A stretch of DNA of 30,586 bases from NCBI GenBank assembly GCA_031366735.1, contig JANLOU010000276.1, forward strand, positions 1 to 30,586, given 5' to 3'. Both the position numbers and the translations under genes were made by a program. The notes beneath the pieces were generated by a model, which was given only the letters and a program-made list of their open reading frames with translations, was not told the DNA's origin and ran no database searches. Of the stretch, positions 15,407 to 25,794 are shown one piece after another; position 1 is the stretch's first letter; each line of letters begins with the position of its first letter. The stretch comes from Candidatus Eiseniibacteriota bacterium (GTDB taxonomy: Bacteria > Eisenbacteria > RBG-16-71-46).

Positions 15407-18400
15407 TCAGGGCACGCGCACGCGGAAGCTGACGCTGCCCGTCGCGCCGGGGGCCAGGGATCCGGCGAGGGTCCACTCCACCGCCCCGGCGGTCCCCAGT
15501 GTCGGGGAGATCGTCAGCGCACAGCCGGTGATGCCGGCGCCAGGCGCGGCGCAACTGGCGGCATCGAACACCGTCCAGGCTGGCGTGGCGTCGCGGATGA
15601 CGATGTTCGAGAGCGCCGTGTTGCCCGGATTGGTGTAGGTGATCGTGTAGGTGATGTTCTGCCCGGCACGCACGCTGTCGCGGTCCACCGTCTTGGTCAG
15701 CACCAGACCGCTGCTCGAGAGGACCGTGGTGCGATCATCGAGACGCTCGTCCCCACTCAATGCTGGGCTCGCTCCGCTGTAGCTGAACGACGCGGTCAGC
15801 GTGGCCATGCTGCTGGCGCCGCCGGGCGCAGCGACCGGCGAGGTGTGGCGTGCGAGCACACAGACATTCTGGCCCGTGGTCACCGCGAATGGCGCGGTGA
15901 GCAGCGGCTCGCCCGCATCGAGTACGCCATTGCAGTTGAGGTCCCGGTACAGTTCGATGGTCCAACCGGGCAGGCTCGGCGCGAGTGATTGCGTGGCCCC
16001 GAAGCCCACGGTGCCGGCGCTTCCCGCGGTGAAGCGGTGCGCGTACAGGGCAACGCCTCCCGCCACGATGCTGCGTGTCTCGGCGGCCACCCAGGAGTTG
16101 CGTGGCACATCGCCGAATGCGAGCGCCGTGTAGCGGGTGCCGCTCATCGCGGTGAACGCGACGGCATCGCTCGTGCGGTCGTAGGCGCCCCCGGTGCCGC
16201 CCGCACCACCACCGGTCGAGCGCCAGCCACTGGGGTCCTGCTCGGCGATCCGCACGGTTTGGCCCGAGAGCGTGAACGGGGCCCACAGGGTGAACGCGCC
16301 CGCGCCATCCGTGAGCGTCGAGTCGCAGGCGCCGCCAGGGCATGTGCTGTTCGCCAGCCGCATGCGCACTGCGCTCACCGGACCCTCGCCCGCTTGTGGG
16401 GCGCCGTCGTTGGCCGTGCCCCCCGCTGCGCCGTCGTCGCGGAAGACGCGGCCGTCCACGCGACTGCCATGGTAGAGCCCGAAGTCCAGTCCGCTCACAT
16501 CGGTGGCGTTGACCGGCACGGCCACGCGCACGCCACCGGAGACCTCGGTGCCGATCCAGCCCGCGGGATAAGTGGGCAACAGGTCGGCGGCCGAAGCGTC
16601 CTGATCGAGGATCACATCGTAGGCCCCCGCGCTCACGAAAGTGAACGCGTACGCGCCCGTGATGGGATCCACGCTGGTGGTCTGGCGCACGAGCGCGGTG
16701 CCGTTCAACACCAGTTTGGCATACAGGGTCTGAGCGGTTCCGGTCTCGCCCGGGTCGCGCTGGGAGTCGTGGTCCGCGTCGGCGTAGGCAATGCCGTTGA
16801 GGGTCACGCCGGTGGTGACGGCGACGACTCCCGAGAACTCTGAGGTTCCCACGCCGGTGTGGGTTGCGCTCGCGGTGAGCCGGACACCCGCGGCGACGCC
16901 GCTCGGGGCGGGCAGGGTGAAGCGGAATCGATTCGTGAAATCCGTTCCCTGCGCCACGCCGTTCACGCTGCCACTGTACGAACTGGCGCTCGCGTCGAGG
17001 TCAGCCCCCGAGCCTTCGGTGATGCTGGTCACGAAGGTGGCCCCTTCACCGAACGAACTGGCGTCGCCGTCGCTCACGAACACTTCGATGACCGCGCCCG
17101 GGCGGGCCCACCCGCTCACCGTGAAGTTGCCGTTCGCCAGCACCGCGCTCTCGATCACCGGGAAGTTGACGAGCGCATTGCCGCCGGCATCGCCGTCGCC
17201 GTTGTCGTTGAGGGTCACATACGGCGCTGTGCCGAGCGCCGCGTCGTCGGTTGCGCGCTGCAGGTCGATTCCGAGCGTGCCGTTGTCGCGGATGCGATTG
17301 CGCGTGAAAATGTGATTCGCGCCCGCGCTCACCACCACGATGCCCGCGCCGCCCTGATCCGTGATGACGCAGCGATCCACCCGGCTCGCGCTGCCGCCCA
17401 GACGCAGCCCCGCGGTCACTCGCGCCGCGCCACTGCCGCGGCCATTGCGTTGCACATTCACATTCGTGAAGTTGTCGCTGCCCAGTCCGGTGAGCGCGTC
17501 CACCCCCGGCCCGTCATGGTCGGTGATGCGGGAGTTGCTCGCGGTGAGCGTGCCGCTGCTGGCCAGCACGATCGCGCCGAGTGCGGCATTGCCGATCGTA
17601 TTGCCGCGCAGTTCGCAGGTGGTCAGGCTCCAGCTGTTGGACCCCGAGGTGAGCGCCACGCCGCTGCCGGCGCCGTACGCGATGACCGAGCCCACGAGTA
17701 CGCCGTTGTCGCCGCCCAACACGCGCACATGGTCGCCGCCCGAGCGCAGCAACGCGCCCGGGTCGGCGAAGCTCGTGGCGAGCACCCCAAGCGCACACGA
17801 TTCGATCCGCGCGGCGTTCGCGCTGGCTCCCACCCGCACATCCGCGTTGGCATCGCTGCCGACGGAGTTGCCGAATCCCACGATCGCCATGCGCGAGAGC
17901 GTGAGCGAGGCGGCTTGCAGATCGAACCCGAGCGCGAGTCCGGCGCCGTCGCGCACCTCGACTTCGGGTCCGGCGAGCGTGGCGAATGCCACATCGTCGG
18001 CCCCGACAGTCCCGCCGCTGCCCAGCGTGGCCCCGTTCGTATCCCCCACGAGCGAAGTCTGCGTGCCGCCCTCCACGCGCGTGTTGGCGTCGGTCAGCGG
18101 GGGTAGCGTGGACAGCAGGGTGATCCGCACGACGCCGCCGGTGAGCAGGTTCGCGAGTCCCGCGCGAAGCCCCGGGTGGGCTGCGCCATCGCTCACCATG
18201 AACAGCGAGGTCTCCTCGCCGACCGTGCGACCGACCTGTGCAAGGCCCGCGTTGGTGAGGGCATTGGCGTTGAGCAGGAACTGCCGCAGGGAGCCCTGGC
18301 CGGCATCGTTCGCATTCACGATGGTGTCGAAGTTGAAGCCGAAATCGATTCCTGTCACATCGCTCGACCCCAGCGTGACGGGGGCAAGCGACTGCGCGGT

Positions 18401-20320
18401 GAGCGTGGCGGTCGTGAGGCTCGCAAGCGACGCGGCGGACAGATTCAGCCCCGCGTCCGCACGCGCGGGAATCTCGCCGCCCACGCGATCGCCCACCGCC
18501 ACGGCGGTGCCACTGGACGCATCGGTGCGGTAGGTCTGCACCGCCACCAGCGCCGCGACACTCCCGGGGCGCGACGAGGTCACCATGCTGTTGACGACGC
18601 GCACCTGGTAATTGCCTGCCGACCAGCCATCGAAGCTGAACAGTCCGGCCGCATCGGTCGTGTCGGCATCGATCGCGGCGCCGGCGGCGTCATACAACTC
18701 GACCCGCACATTGGGGCGTGCGACGCCGCTCGATGCAACGCGTGAGCGGCCCGAGCCACCGCCGAAGTTCACATCCTCGAACACACTGCCGGTCATGCGC
18801 GACGCGACGACCGTGACGGTCGTGGGCTGCAGCCCGGCAAGGGTGGCGTTCCCGTCGCTGGCCGAGGCGAATGCAACGCCGGATTGTGCGCCCACGAACG
18901 ACAGCCAACCCTGATTGCTGACCACGGTGCCCGTGGGTGCCGGCGCCCGAACGCGGGCGCGGAAGCGCAGGCTGGTGGTGGTGTTGATGTCGATCTGGCC
19001 ACCGGCGGTCGTATTCGCGCCCGTGCCGAGCCGTGCGACGACCGTGCGGGAAGCCGGGACATACTCCATCACATCGTCCCCGCTGGCGTCGGATTTCGCT
19101 CCGGTGTTGGGCCCGGAGAAGATCTGCAGCGATCCCGGTTCGAAGGTGAGGTTGGCCGCCAGCGTGTCACGCATGACGCATTGCGCGGCATGGTCCTGCC
19201 CGGTGTTCCGCATGGTGATGGTGTATTCGAGCAGGTCGCCGGGGCGCACCGAACCACCGTCCAGATCGACCACGGTCTTGGTGAAGTTCGTGGCATCGAA
19301 CACCGGCGCGTACAGGTCGGTCGCGAAGGTGACGACGCCGGGGTAATAGACATCGTTCGAACTGGTCAGGCGGATGTTGGCCGTGGTGGCATTGTTCGCG
19401 AGCAGGCCGTTGGCGCTGACCAGGTCGATGTCGAAGCCAAGCTGATTGATATAGTTGGGATTCTTCGTGGTGATGTGGGCTCCAAGCGCCGAGATGGTCG
19501 AGTTGAAGAAGTTGTCCGCGGGGTTGCGGGCGTCGGTGAGCGAGGTGCCGTTCAACTGGAACGCATCGCCCGTGTAGCCAAGGTCGCCCTCGAACGCGAC
19601 CACGCCCAGGCGCGTGCTCACCGCCCCGGCAGGCGGGGTCAGGAAACCACTCACGGTCATGTTGATGTTCGTGGTGGTGCTGACCGCGCCGAATCCATCG
19701 AACACGACCAGATTGCGCGGAGATTGGGTGGCGTCGCGATACAGCACCACCAGTGACCAGCCAGCATGCTTGTCGGCCGCGCCGGGGGTGGAATACACAT
19801 TCGCCACGCGGTAGGTGCCATTCAAGCCGGCCTGCACCAGCGCGGTCACATCCCGGAACCCCATGTAGTCGGTGGTGCCGGTCAGGTCCAACTGGGTCGC
19901 AGTGAGGGTCGTGTACGCCGCCACCGGCGTCCCGAAACGACAGGTGTTACGCAGCGCGTTCGCCGACTCGCCGCCCCAGTACAGCCCGGCCCATGTCACG
20001 GTGGCGCCCGGCGGCAGCGCCAGGTCCGCCGTACTGGAGGAGAAGGTCGAGGCATCGCCATCGATGTCCACATACTGCATGGTGAAGTCGTTGTCGTTGA
20101 TGCTGCCGCCGGTGCCATTGCGACCATTCGGGCACTGGCCGTTGCCGCTGCACGACATGAGGGTGTTGCCGATCAAAGTGATATCGCCGGACTGATTCGC
20201 ACTGATGCGGGGCGTGAAGCTGCGCACGATCTGCGCGCGGACGGGCGCTGCGGTCGAGAGCAACAGCGCGAACGCCGCGACCACGCCGATCCTGGCCGAA
20301 CGCATGTCGCCCCGGCTCAT
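15407..20320 (-). CDS. Large secreted adhesin: DUF3344-like N-domain, complete DUF11, SdrD-B-like domains, parallel beta-helix, C-terminal truncated DUF11
   Basis: Signal peptide (…STAAPVRA); WAGLYWGG DUF3344-like region; DUF11 FTKTVV…PGDLLEYTITMRNTG…MRDTL; GSVFEDVN and GIAYADAD SdrD-B starts; NANDAGQGSLRQFL followed by a beta-helix; ends LTKTVD…ITYTITYTNPG…IRDATP…VSFRVRVP. ATGA overlap with the upstream gene and GAGGTG RBS. Confidence 0.88.
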   Translation of the reverse strand: MSRGDMRSARIGVVAAFALLLSTAAPVRAQIVRSFTPRISANQSGDITLIGNTLMSCSGNGQCPNGRNGTGGSINDNDFTMQYVDIDGDASTFSSSTADLALPPGATVTWAGLYWGGESANALRNTCRFGTPVAAYTTLTATQLDLTGTTDYMGFRDVTALVQAGLNGTYRVANVYSTPGAADKHAGWSLVVLYRDATQSPRNLVVFDGFGAVSTTTNINMTVSGFLTPPAGAVSTRLGVVAFEGDLGYTGDAFQLNGTSLTDARNPADNFFNSTISALGAHITTKNPNYINQLGFDIDLVSANGLLANNATTANIRLTSSNDVYYPGVVTFATDLYAPVFDATNFTKTVVDLDGGSVRPGDLLEYTITMRNTGQDHAAQCVMRDTLAANLTFEPGSLQIFSGPNTGAKSDASGDDVMEYVPASRTVVARLGTGANTTAGGQIDINTTTSLRFRARVRAPAPTGTVVSNQGWLSFVGAQSGVAFASASDGNATLAGLQPTTVTVVASRMTGSVFEDVNFGGGSGRSRVASSGVARPNVRVELYDAAGAAIDADTTDAAGLFSFDGWSAGNYQVRVVNSMVTSSRPGSVAALVAVQTYRTDASSGTAVAVGDRVGGEIPARADAGLNLSAASLASLTTATLTAQSLAPVTLGSSDVTGIDFGFNFDTIVNANDAGQGSLRQFLLNANALTNAGLAQVGRTVGEETSLFMVSDGAAHPGLRAGLANLLTGGVVRITLLSTLPPLTDANTRVEGGTQTSLVGDTNGATLGSGGTVGADDVAFATLAGPEVEVRDGAGLALGFDLQAASLTLSRMAIVGFGNSVGSDANADVRVGASANAARIESCALGVLATSFADPGALLRSGGDHVRVLGGDNGVLVGSVIAYGAGSGVALTSGSNSWSLTTCELRGNTIGNAALGAIVLASSGTLTASNSRITDHDGPGVDALTGLGSDNFTNVNVQRNGRGSGAARVTAGLRLGGSASRVDRCVITDQGGAGIVVVSAGANHIFTRNRIRDNGTLGIDLQRATDDAALGTAPYVTLNDNGDGDAGGNALVNFPVIESAVLANGNFTVSGWARPGAVIEVFVSDGDASSFGEGATFVTSITEGSGADLDASASSYSGSVNGVAQGTDFTNRFRFTLPAPSGVAAGVRLTASATHTGVGTSEFSGVVAVTTGVTLNGIAYADADHDSQRDPGETGTAQTLYAKLVLNGTALVRQTTSVDPITGAYAFTFVSAGAYDVILDQDASAADLLPTYPAGWIGTEVSGGVRVAVPVNATDVSGLDFGLYHGSRVDGRVFRDDGAAGGTANDGAPQAGEGPVSAVRMRLANSTCPGGACDSTLTDGAGAFTLWAPFTLSGQTVRIAEQDPSGWRSTGGGAGGTGGAYDRTSDAVAFTAMSGTRYTALAFGDVPRNSWVAAETRSIVAGGVALYAHRFTAGSAGTVGFGATQSLAPSLPGWTIELYRDLNCNGVLDAGEPLLTAPFAVTTGQNVCVLARHTSPVAAPGGASSMATLTASFSYSGASPALSGDERLDDRTTVLSSSGLVLTKTVDRDSVRAGQNITYTITYTNPGNTALSNIVIRDATPAWTVFDAASCAAPGAGITGCALTISPTLGTAGAVEWTLAGSLAPGATGSVSFRVRVP

Positions 20321-23300
20321 GGCTGCACCTCGCGTCGGCGCTGGAACAGGGCCTCATCGAACTTCGCGCGCAGGCGCACGAAGCCGCCCTCGCGCGTCCA
20401 CTCGCTTTCGGTCAGTTCGTCATCGTGGTAACCAAAGCGGTTGAAGCCGAACGAGACCCAGACATCTCCCGGCAGCTGCCGCCCCAGTTCGACCCCGAGT
20501 CCCGCCTGACGCTGCGAGAGGCGCCGACCCATCAATGCGCTGGTCGTGAGGGACGCGTCCCAACCCTGCGCCAGGTCGCGCGTCACTCGAGCCTGCACCC
20601 ATTGGGCGCCGCCTGCGCTGAGGAGTCCGGCCGACTGGTCGCGCGTGATCTTGCCGGCCCACGAGAGCGAGGTACGGGTGGCGCGTGCGACCTGCCCAGT
20701 GCCGGAGAACCCCACGATGTTGCTGACGCGCCGAGTGCGCACCGGTCCGGCAGTGCGGTCGTAGCGCAGCTCCCAACGCCCGAGTGCGTCCCATGCATCG
20801 CCGTCGGGCCGGTAGGCGAAGGCCAAGCCCAGTCGTTCCCGTGCCTGACTGCCGCCCACATGCTCGCGGGCCACGAACAACTGGTGGCGGCCGAGCGCGG
20901 TCCACACGGAATCGAGTTTCACGGCGGCCGCCATCGTCTGTAGGAACTGATCACTGGCGCGACTCGTGCGGACTTCGGCGCGCGCGCTGCCCTTCCATAC
21001 CGGGTCGTCCCCGAAGTCCACGCTTCCCGTGAGCGCCGTGGTGGGGCCTGCTGCGAGACCGGCGCCCGCCAATGGGTTCACGCGCTCGAACGAACCGCCG
21101 ACACGCATGCCGCTCGCCAGACGCCAGGCGTTGCGCAGCCCCACGGCAGCCTGCGCCTCGCGCCCTGCGATCGCGTCGTTCATCCGGTACTCACTGAAGA
21201 CATGCGCATCGGTCGCGAGGTCGGCATCCACTCCAAGCACGGTTGCCAGTTGGCGTTGCGACCCGCTCAGCGCCCACGCGCTCGTGAGTGTCGAGGCCAG
21301 TTCGTGCCGCGCGTACAAGCGGCCCCGCTTGGTGAAGCGGTACTCGCCCCCCGTCGCCGCCAGCCGCCGCTGGAACTCGCGCGTGTCCTGCTCGTACTCA
21401 CCGTATCCACTCCATTCCGGATGCCGCGGCCATTGCCCGCTGAGTTTGGCGCGCAAGGAAGCCGTGGCCGTTTCGTTCGCGCGAGCGCGCGACGATCCAT
21501 CGGCCCAACGCGTGCCCAGTTCGCCGCGCCAGGCGCTCGACAGTTGCCGATCCAACGCCAGCAGGAAGCCTTGGCGTTTCTCCTGTCCCAGCGCATCCGC
21601 GCTGAACAGCATCTCGGCGTTGATGCGCGTGCGTTCGGCCAGGCGAAGCGTGATGCGTCCGCCCGCTTCGCTGCGCCCTCCGGTGAGCCCGGCGGACGGA
21701 TTGTCGAATGCCCGCGCCGCCGCCGCGCCCCAGACGCGGCTCTGGATGCGCGCATCCTCATGGGTGAACTCGAGGCGGGTGGCATCGCCTGCCCGTTCGA
21801 ACCGTCGCGTCGCCGCCCATTCGAGTTCCAACAGCGTGCGGGGTCCCAGGTGGGCGGAGGCCACGGCGCCGCGCAGTTCGAGCGGTTGCGAGACATCGTG
21901 GTCGTCCACATAAGTGCCGCCGAGCTCGAGTCGGGGATTCACCCGCAGCCGCGCATCCGCGCCCTGAACCCAGACGGGCTCGCCGCCGGTTTCGGTTTCG
22001 TAGGTGACGCGGATCGAGACCGGATCCAGCTCGGCCGTGACGCTCGGGATCGGGAATCGGAACAGCAAGCGCCCGGTGAGTGACTCGACTTCATAGTCGG
22101 TGAAGCGCTGCTGCGTGCGCGTGCTGATCACCAGTGCGGGCTGGCTGCGGTCGCGCACGAGGATCTCGACGCGCTCGCTGTTCTCCACGAACGGCGCACG
22201 CCCAAGCGCATACGGGCCCGAGATGCCCTGGCCGCGGAACTCCTCGACAGCGCGTGTGGTGCGCGTGCGGCTCGAGAACGCGCGCAGCGTATTGCCGTCG
22301 GCGCTCCAACGGGCTTCCGCCCCGGTCAGGCTGCGGCCGAAGTTCGCCAGGGACCGACCCGAGGCGCTGGTGGTGAAATCGCCGTAGCCCAGCGTCGCGT
22401 CGCGTCGTTCGAGGCGCGCATACAGGTGGCCTGCAGACTGCGCGTCATAGCCCCGAACCGCGGCGTCGCCGAACACCGGGTAGCCGCGGTCGGGCTGTTG
22501 GTCGCGGAACAGCCGCGCTGCGGCGTCGCGGTCGGAGTCGTAGCCGAGCGTGAGTTGCATGTCGTCCCGCACGCGGCCCTTCATGAAGAAGGCGCCGTGG
22601 GCGGCGGCGCTGGCCCGGCCATCGACGCGCTGCGACAGGAACTGCGAGATCGGCGCTTCGAACCCCGCACGCGGAATGCCGCGCACGGCGCCGCCGCGTC
22701 GGGACAGGTTCTGCATGGACAGCACGCCCTCGAGCGCGCCCACCGCAAGCAGCGGTCGCAGATCGGGAACGAACTGCACATTCACCATGGTGCGGGTCTC
22801 GCCGCTGACCGCGGTGACATGGGCAGCCCCCGGTTGCTCCGGCGAGATGAGCCCCACGCGAAGCGCGCCGTCCTCGACCGCAACCTGCACGCCGGGCGTG
22901 GCAGGATCGAGGTCCTCGGATGCGAGGCGACCCAGCGAACTCTCCAGCGTGACAAGTGTGCGCGCTCCCACCGGCACGCCCGCAGCATCGGTCACCCGCA
23001 ACAAAAGTGAGGCGATCGCGCGGCCATCGGCACGCGTGCTGCGCGGCGCCAACAGATCGAGCCGAGCAAAGGGTCCCGGAGCCACGAGCCGCAGGGCCAC
23101 GCGCCCGACCGAACGGGGTGGCGCGACCTCGAGCACATTGAGCCCGGGGCGCAAAGTGACGCCGACATACTCCCAGGCCTCGAGTCCAGCGCGCGGCGCG
23201 CTCAGACGCTGCCCGACGCGCGATTCGGGCAAGGTGCGACCGTTGACGCGCAGCGCCAGCGTGGTGCCGAGCCGACCCTTGACGCGCACCGCGATCTGGT

Positions 23301-25677
23301 TCGAGGTCACGGTGTCCAGATCCGCCAGCCCGACGAAGCCCAGGTCCGAGTCGAGTGTATCCATGAGCCGATCGAGGGTGACCGCAACCGGTGCGTCGGC
23401 GCTGGCCGAAGCCGGTTGCGCGTCGATGCGCGGATCGGCGACGGGCAGCGCGCCTTCGCCCGTCAGGATGCGAGCGGCTGGCAACGAGCGCGGGTCGCCC
23501 AACGGGGCTGGGTCGCGCGGGTCGGCGGCGCGGGCCAGTGCGTGGTTGCGCTCGTCGCGGGTGTGCGCCGCGGCACGACGCTCGCCGGCCTCGCGCAGCG
23601 AAGTGGTGTCGCCCGCCACAGCGAAGTCCGCGCGCATCAGCTCCCCGCGCGAGCAGTCGATGAAGCGCAACCCTGCGCGCTGCCCGTCACGCCGGTCGGT
23701 GACGACAGGGTGCGTCATGGGAGGCAGCGTCGTGGCGTCGATCTTGAGGGCGTGGGTGCGCGGGGTGATGCCGGCGAAGCTGTAGCGGCCATGCTCGTCG
23801 GTCACTGCGTAACTGCCGTCGTCCAGATACAGCCGTACGCCCGCGAGTCCAAGCGTGCCAGCCGAGGCGAAGCCATCCGCAGCCCGCCCGCTCGTCCCGG
23901 CGGCGAGCGTCACGCTTCCGACGATCGAGCCCTCGGTGGCGAAGGCGTCGCCGCGCACCTCCACGCGCGCGGTGGCATCGTTGGAGCGTGCGTTGCCGGC
24001 CTCGGCCCACGCGGTATTGATCGCCACTCCCTCGGGGGCTCCGGGCGTGATCCGAACGCGATAGGTGATGCGCACATCGCTGCGCGGCGCCAGCGCGCCG
24101 AGCGCAAAGGTGAGCGCGGGCCCTGCGCCTGTGGGATCCGTCAACGCCGCCCCGTCGCGGCGTGCGGTGCCGGACACATAGGCGAAGCCCGCGGGCAGGG
24201 CGTCGCGCATGCGGACCGGCGCGAGCGTGCTGTCGGAACGGTTCGCCAGACGGACTTCGTAATCGAGCAGGTCGCCCACTTCGGCGCTGGAGCGCGAGGC
24301 GCGTTTCTCGGCGAACAGGGCCACGGGCGAAAGGTCATCCACGGGGATGTCGAGTCGCACGGGGGACAGCGGGTCGGTGAGCACGAACGGTCCGCCGTAG
24401 CTCGCCGCGGCATCCAGCAGGTGGCCTGCGGGCAGTTGCGCGAACGGGACGAGCGAGGGGAAGCGATAGGGTGCGACTGGCGTCACCACCACGCGATAGC
24501 TGCTCGGGGGCACGAGCGGGAAGCGGAATCCGCCATCGGTTGCGGTGAACACTTCGGCCGGGGCGGGCGTGACCCCGTCCGAATCGAGCACGCGGGCCAG
24601 CGCTCCGGGTTGGCCGCCATTACCGGCGCCAGTCAGGTCGATCAACTGCACGCGCGCGCCCGCCACCGGAGCGTCGCTGCGAGCATCGAACACCACGCCC
24701 TGAGATTCGACCCAGGCATTGGCACGCGTCTCGGTCGCGCCGCAACCCGCGAGCACCGCGGTCAGTTGATCCCCGCGCAGTTGCGTGACGACGCCGTCGT
24801 AGTTCTGCGCCGCAGTGGTGAGCGCGCTGGTGGTTGGCGCACCGGGCAGGATGCGGAAGACGCCCGTGCTGGCGCCCGTCTCCACCGCCGCGAAGCTGTC
24901 GGCGTCGCCGGTCAGGAGCGAATGGATTGTGACCAGCACGGTATCGGGCTGTGTGAAATCACGGTTGCACTGCGGCGCGTTCGCTTGCACATACAACGGC
25001 GCCCCGAGCGCGGTGATGCTCGTGGGAGTGCCGTAGGTGTCCGAGGCGTAGAATCCCAGATTCGGGCCGCCCGGCAGGAGCAGCGTACCGAGCGAATCGC
25101 GAACGCTGCTCGACCCGCCACCATCGAGGCGATCCGCCGTCAGCGTCAGTCGCGCGCGCGACAGGCTTGGCGCGGTGATCGGGACGGCCAGGTCGAGCAG
25201 GAGTTCCGCGGTGGCGCCGCCCGCCAGTGTGAGCGTGCCGCCATTGGCGATCGGGGTGTCGAGTGCGCCAAGGGCGCCGTCGCCATCGCGGTCGTGCGTG
25301 AGCGTAAAGCCGCTGACATCGAAGCCGTCGCCTGCCAGATTCGCAGCCGTCAGTCGGATCTCGGCCGGACTATTACCAAGGTTGGTGAGCGTGTGGCGCA
25401 GTCGCACCGAGGCGCCGGGCATGACCTGCGCGTAGCGTTCGGGGGTGAGCGATAGCCCCAGTGTGGATTGCACGATCGCGCTCACGGTGTTGCTCGTGAG
25501 CGTGATCGCGCCAGCGCCCAATGGGAGCATGGCGGTCGCGCCCGCGGTGTTCACGATCGGAGTTCCTGCCGGGGGGGCTGCAAAAGATCGTCCGGTCAGC
25601 ACAAGACCCGCCAGTCCCATGACCGAAGTCATGAGCATGGCGGGGAGACGCCGAGACTTCGCCGTCCGCTTGTGCAT
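20317..25677 (-). CDS. Large outer-membrane protein: N-terminal DUF11 donor fragment, Ig/carboxypeptidase-regulatory-like, DUF11, SdrD-B, invasin-like Ig, C-terminal beta-barrel of about 800 aa
   Basis: Signal peptide; QGVVFDARSDAPVAGARVQL; complete DUF11 (AEKRAS…VGDLLDYEVRLAN…MRDALP…INTAW); GVRLYLDDGSYAVTDEHGRYSF; ADGRAIASLLLRVTD; then long alternating amphipathic strands ending GGFVRLRAKFDE. Confidence 0.85.
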   Translation of the reverse strand: MHKRTAKSRRLPAMLMTSVMGLAGLVLTGRSFAAPPAGTPIVNTAGATAMLPLGAGAITLTSNTVSAIVQSTLGLSLTPERYAQVMPGASVRLRHTLTNLGNSPAEIRLTAANLAGDGFDVSGFTLTHDRDGDGALGALDTPIANGGTLTLAGGATAELLLDLAVPITAPSLSRARLTLTADRLDGGGSSSVRDSLGTLLLPGGPNLGFYASDTYGTPTSITALGAPLYVQANAPQCNRDFTQPDTVLVTIHSLLTGDADSFAAVETGASTGVFRILPGAPTTSALTTAAQNYDGVVTQLRGDQLTAVLAGCGATETRANAWVESQGVVFDARSDAPVAGARVQLIDLTGAGNGGQPGALARVLDSDGVTPAPAEVFTATDGGFRFPLVPPSSYRVVVTPVAPYRFPSLVPFAQLPAGHLLDAAASYGGPFVLTDPLSPVRLDIPVDDLSPVALFAEKRASRSSAEVGDLLDYEVRLANRSDSTLAPVRMRDALPAGFAYVSGTARRDGAALTDPTGAGPALTFALGALAPRSDVRITYRVRITPGAPEGVAINTAWAEAGNARSNDATARVEVRGDAFATEGSIVGSVTLAAGTSGRAADGFASAGTLGLAGVRLYLDDGSYAVTDEHGRYSFAGITPRTHALKIDATTLPPMTHPVVTDRRDGQRAGLRFIDCSRGELMRADFAVAGDTTSLREAGERRAAAHTRDERNHALARAADPRDPAPLGDPRSLPAARILTGEGALPVADPRIDAQPASASADAPVAVTLDRLMDTLDSDLGFVGLADLDTVTSNQIAVRVKGRLGTTLALRVNGRTLPESRVGQRLSAPRAGLEAWEYVGVTLRPGLNVLEVAPPRSVGRVALRLVAPGPFARLDLLAPRSTRADGRAIASLLLRVTDAAGVPVGARTLVTLESSLGRLASEDLDPATPGVQVAVEDGALRVGLISPEQPGAAHVTAVSGETRTMVNVQFVPDLRPLLAVGALEGVLSMQNLSRRGGAVRGIPRAGFEAPISQFLSQRVDGRASAAAHGAFFMKGRVRDDMQLTLGYDSDRDAAARLFRDQQPDRGYPVFGDAAVRGYDAQSAGHLYARLERRDATLGYGDFTTSASGRSLANFGRSLTGAEARWSADGNTLRAFSSRTRTTRAVEEFRGQGISGPYALGRAPFVENSERVEILVRDRSQPALVISTRTQQRFTDYEVESLTGRLLFRFPIPSVTAELDPVSIRVTYETETGGEPVWVQGADARLRVNPRLELGGTYVDDHDVSQPLELRGAVASAHLGPRTLLELEWAATRRFERAGDATRLEFTHEDARIQSRVWGAAAARAFDNPSAGLTGGRSEAGGRITLRLAERTRINAEMLFSADALGQEKRQGFLLALDRQLSSAWRGELGTRWADGSSRARANETATASLRAKLSGQWPRHPEWSGYGEYEQDTREFQRRLAATGGEYRFTKRGRLYARHELASTLTSAWALSGSQRQLATVLGVDADLATDAHVFSEYRMNDAIAGREAQAAVGLRNAWRLASGMRVGGSFERVNPLAGAGLAAGPTTALTGSVDFGDDPVWKGSARAEVRTSRASDQFLQTMAAAVKLDSVWTALGRHQLFVAREHVGGSQARERLGLAFAYRPDGDAWDALGRWELRYDRTAGPVRTRRVSNIVGFSGTGQVARATRTSLSWAGKITRDQSAGLLSAGGAQWVQARVTRDLAQGWDASLTTSALMGRRLSQRQAGLGVELGRQLPGDVWVSFGFNRFGYHDDELTESEWTREGGFVRLRAKFDEALFQRRREVQP

Positions 25678-25794
25678 CCGTGCCGTCCCTTTGGGGAATC
25701 GCGAGCGCCGCGGGAGCCAGGCCAGGGTCCCGGCCCATCCGCGACGTCGCGGTTCAGCAGTGCGTTCCCGCGCCGATGGGCCGCGGTCCCTGCT

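Noticed and set aside
15177-15554. 125-aa minus ORF, and 14727-15638 plus ORF, spanning the adhesin-DUF2269 gap
   Set aside because: Pro/Arg-rich low-complexity translations overlapping real genes; the region is better explained by RNA structure.
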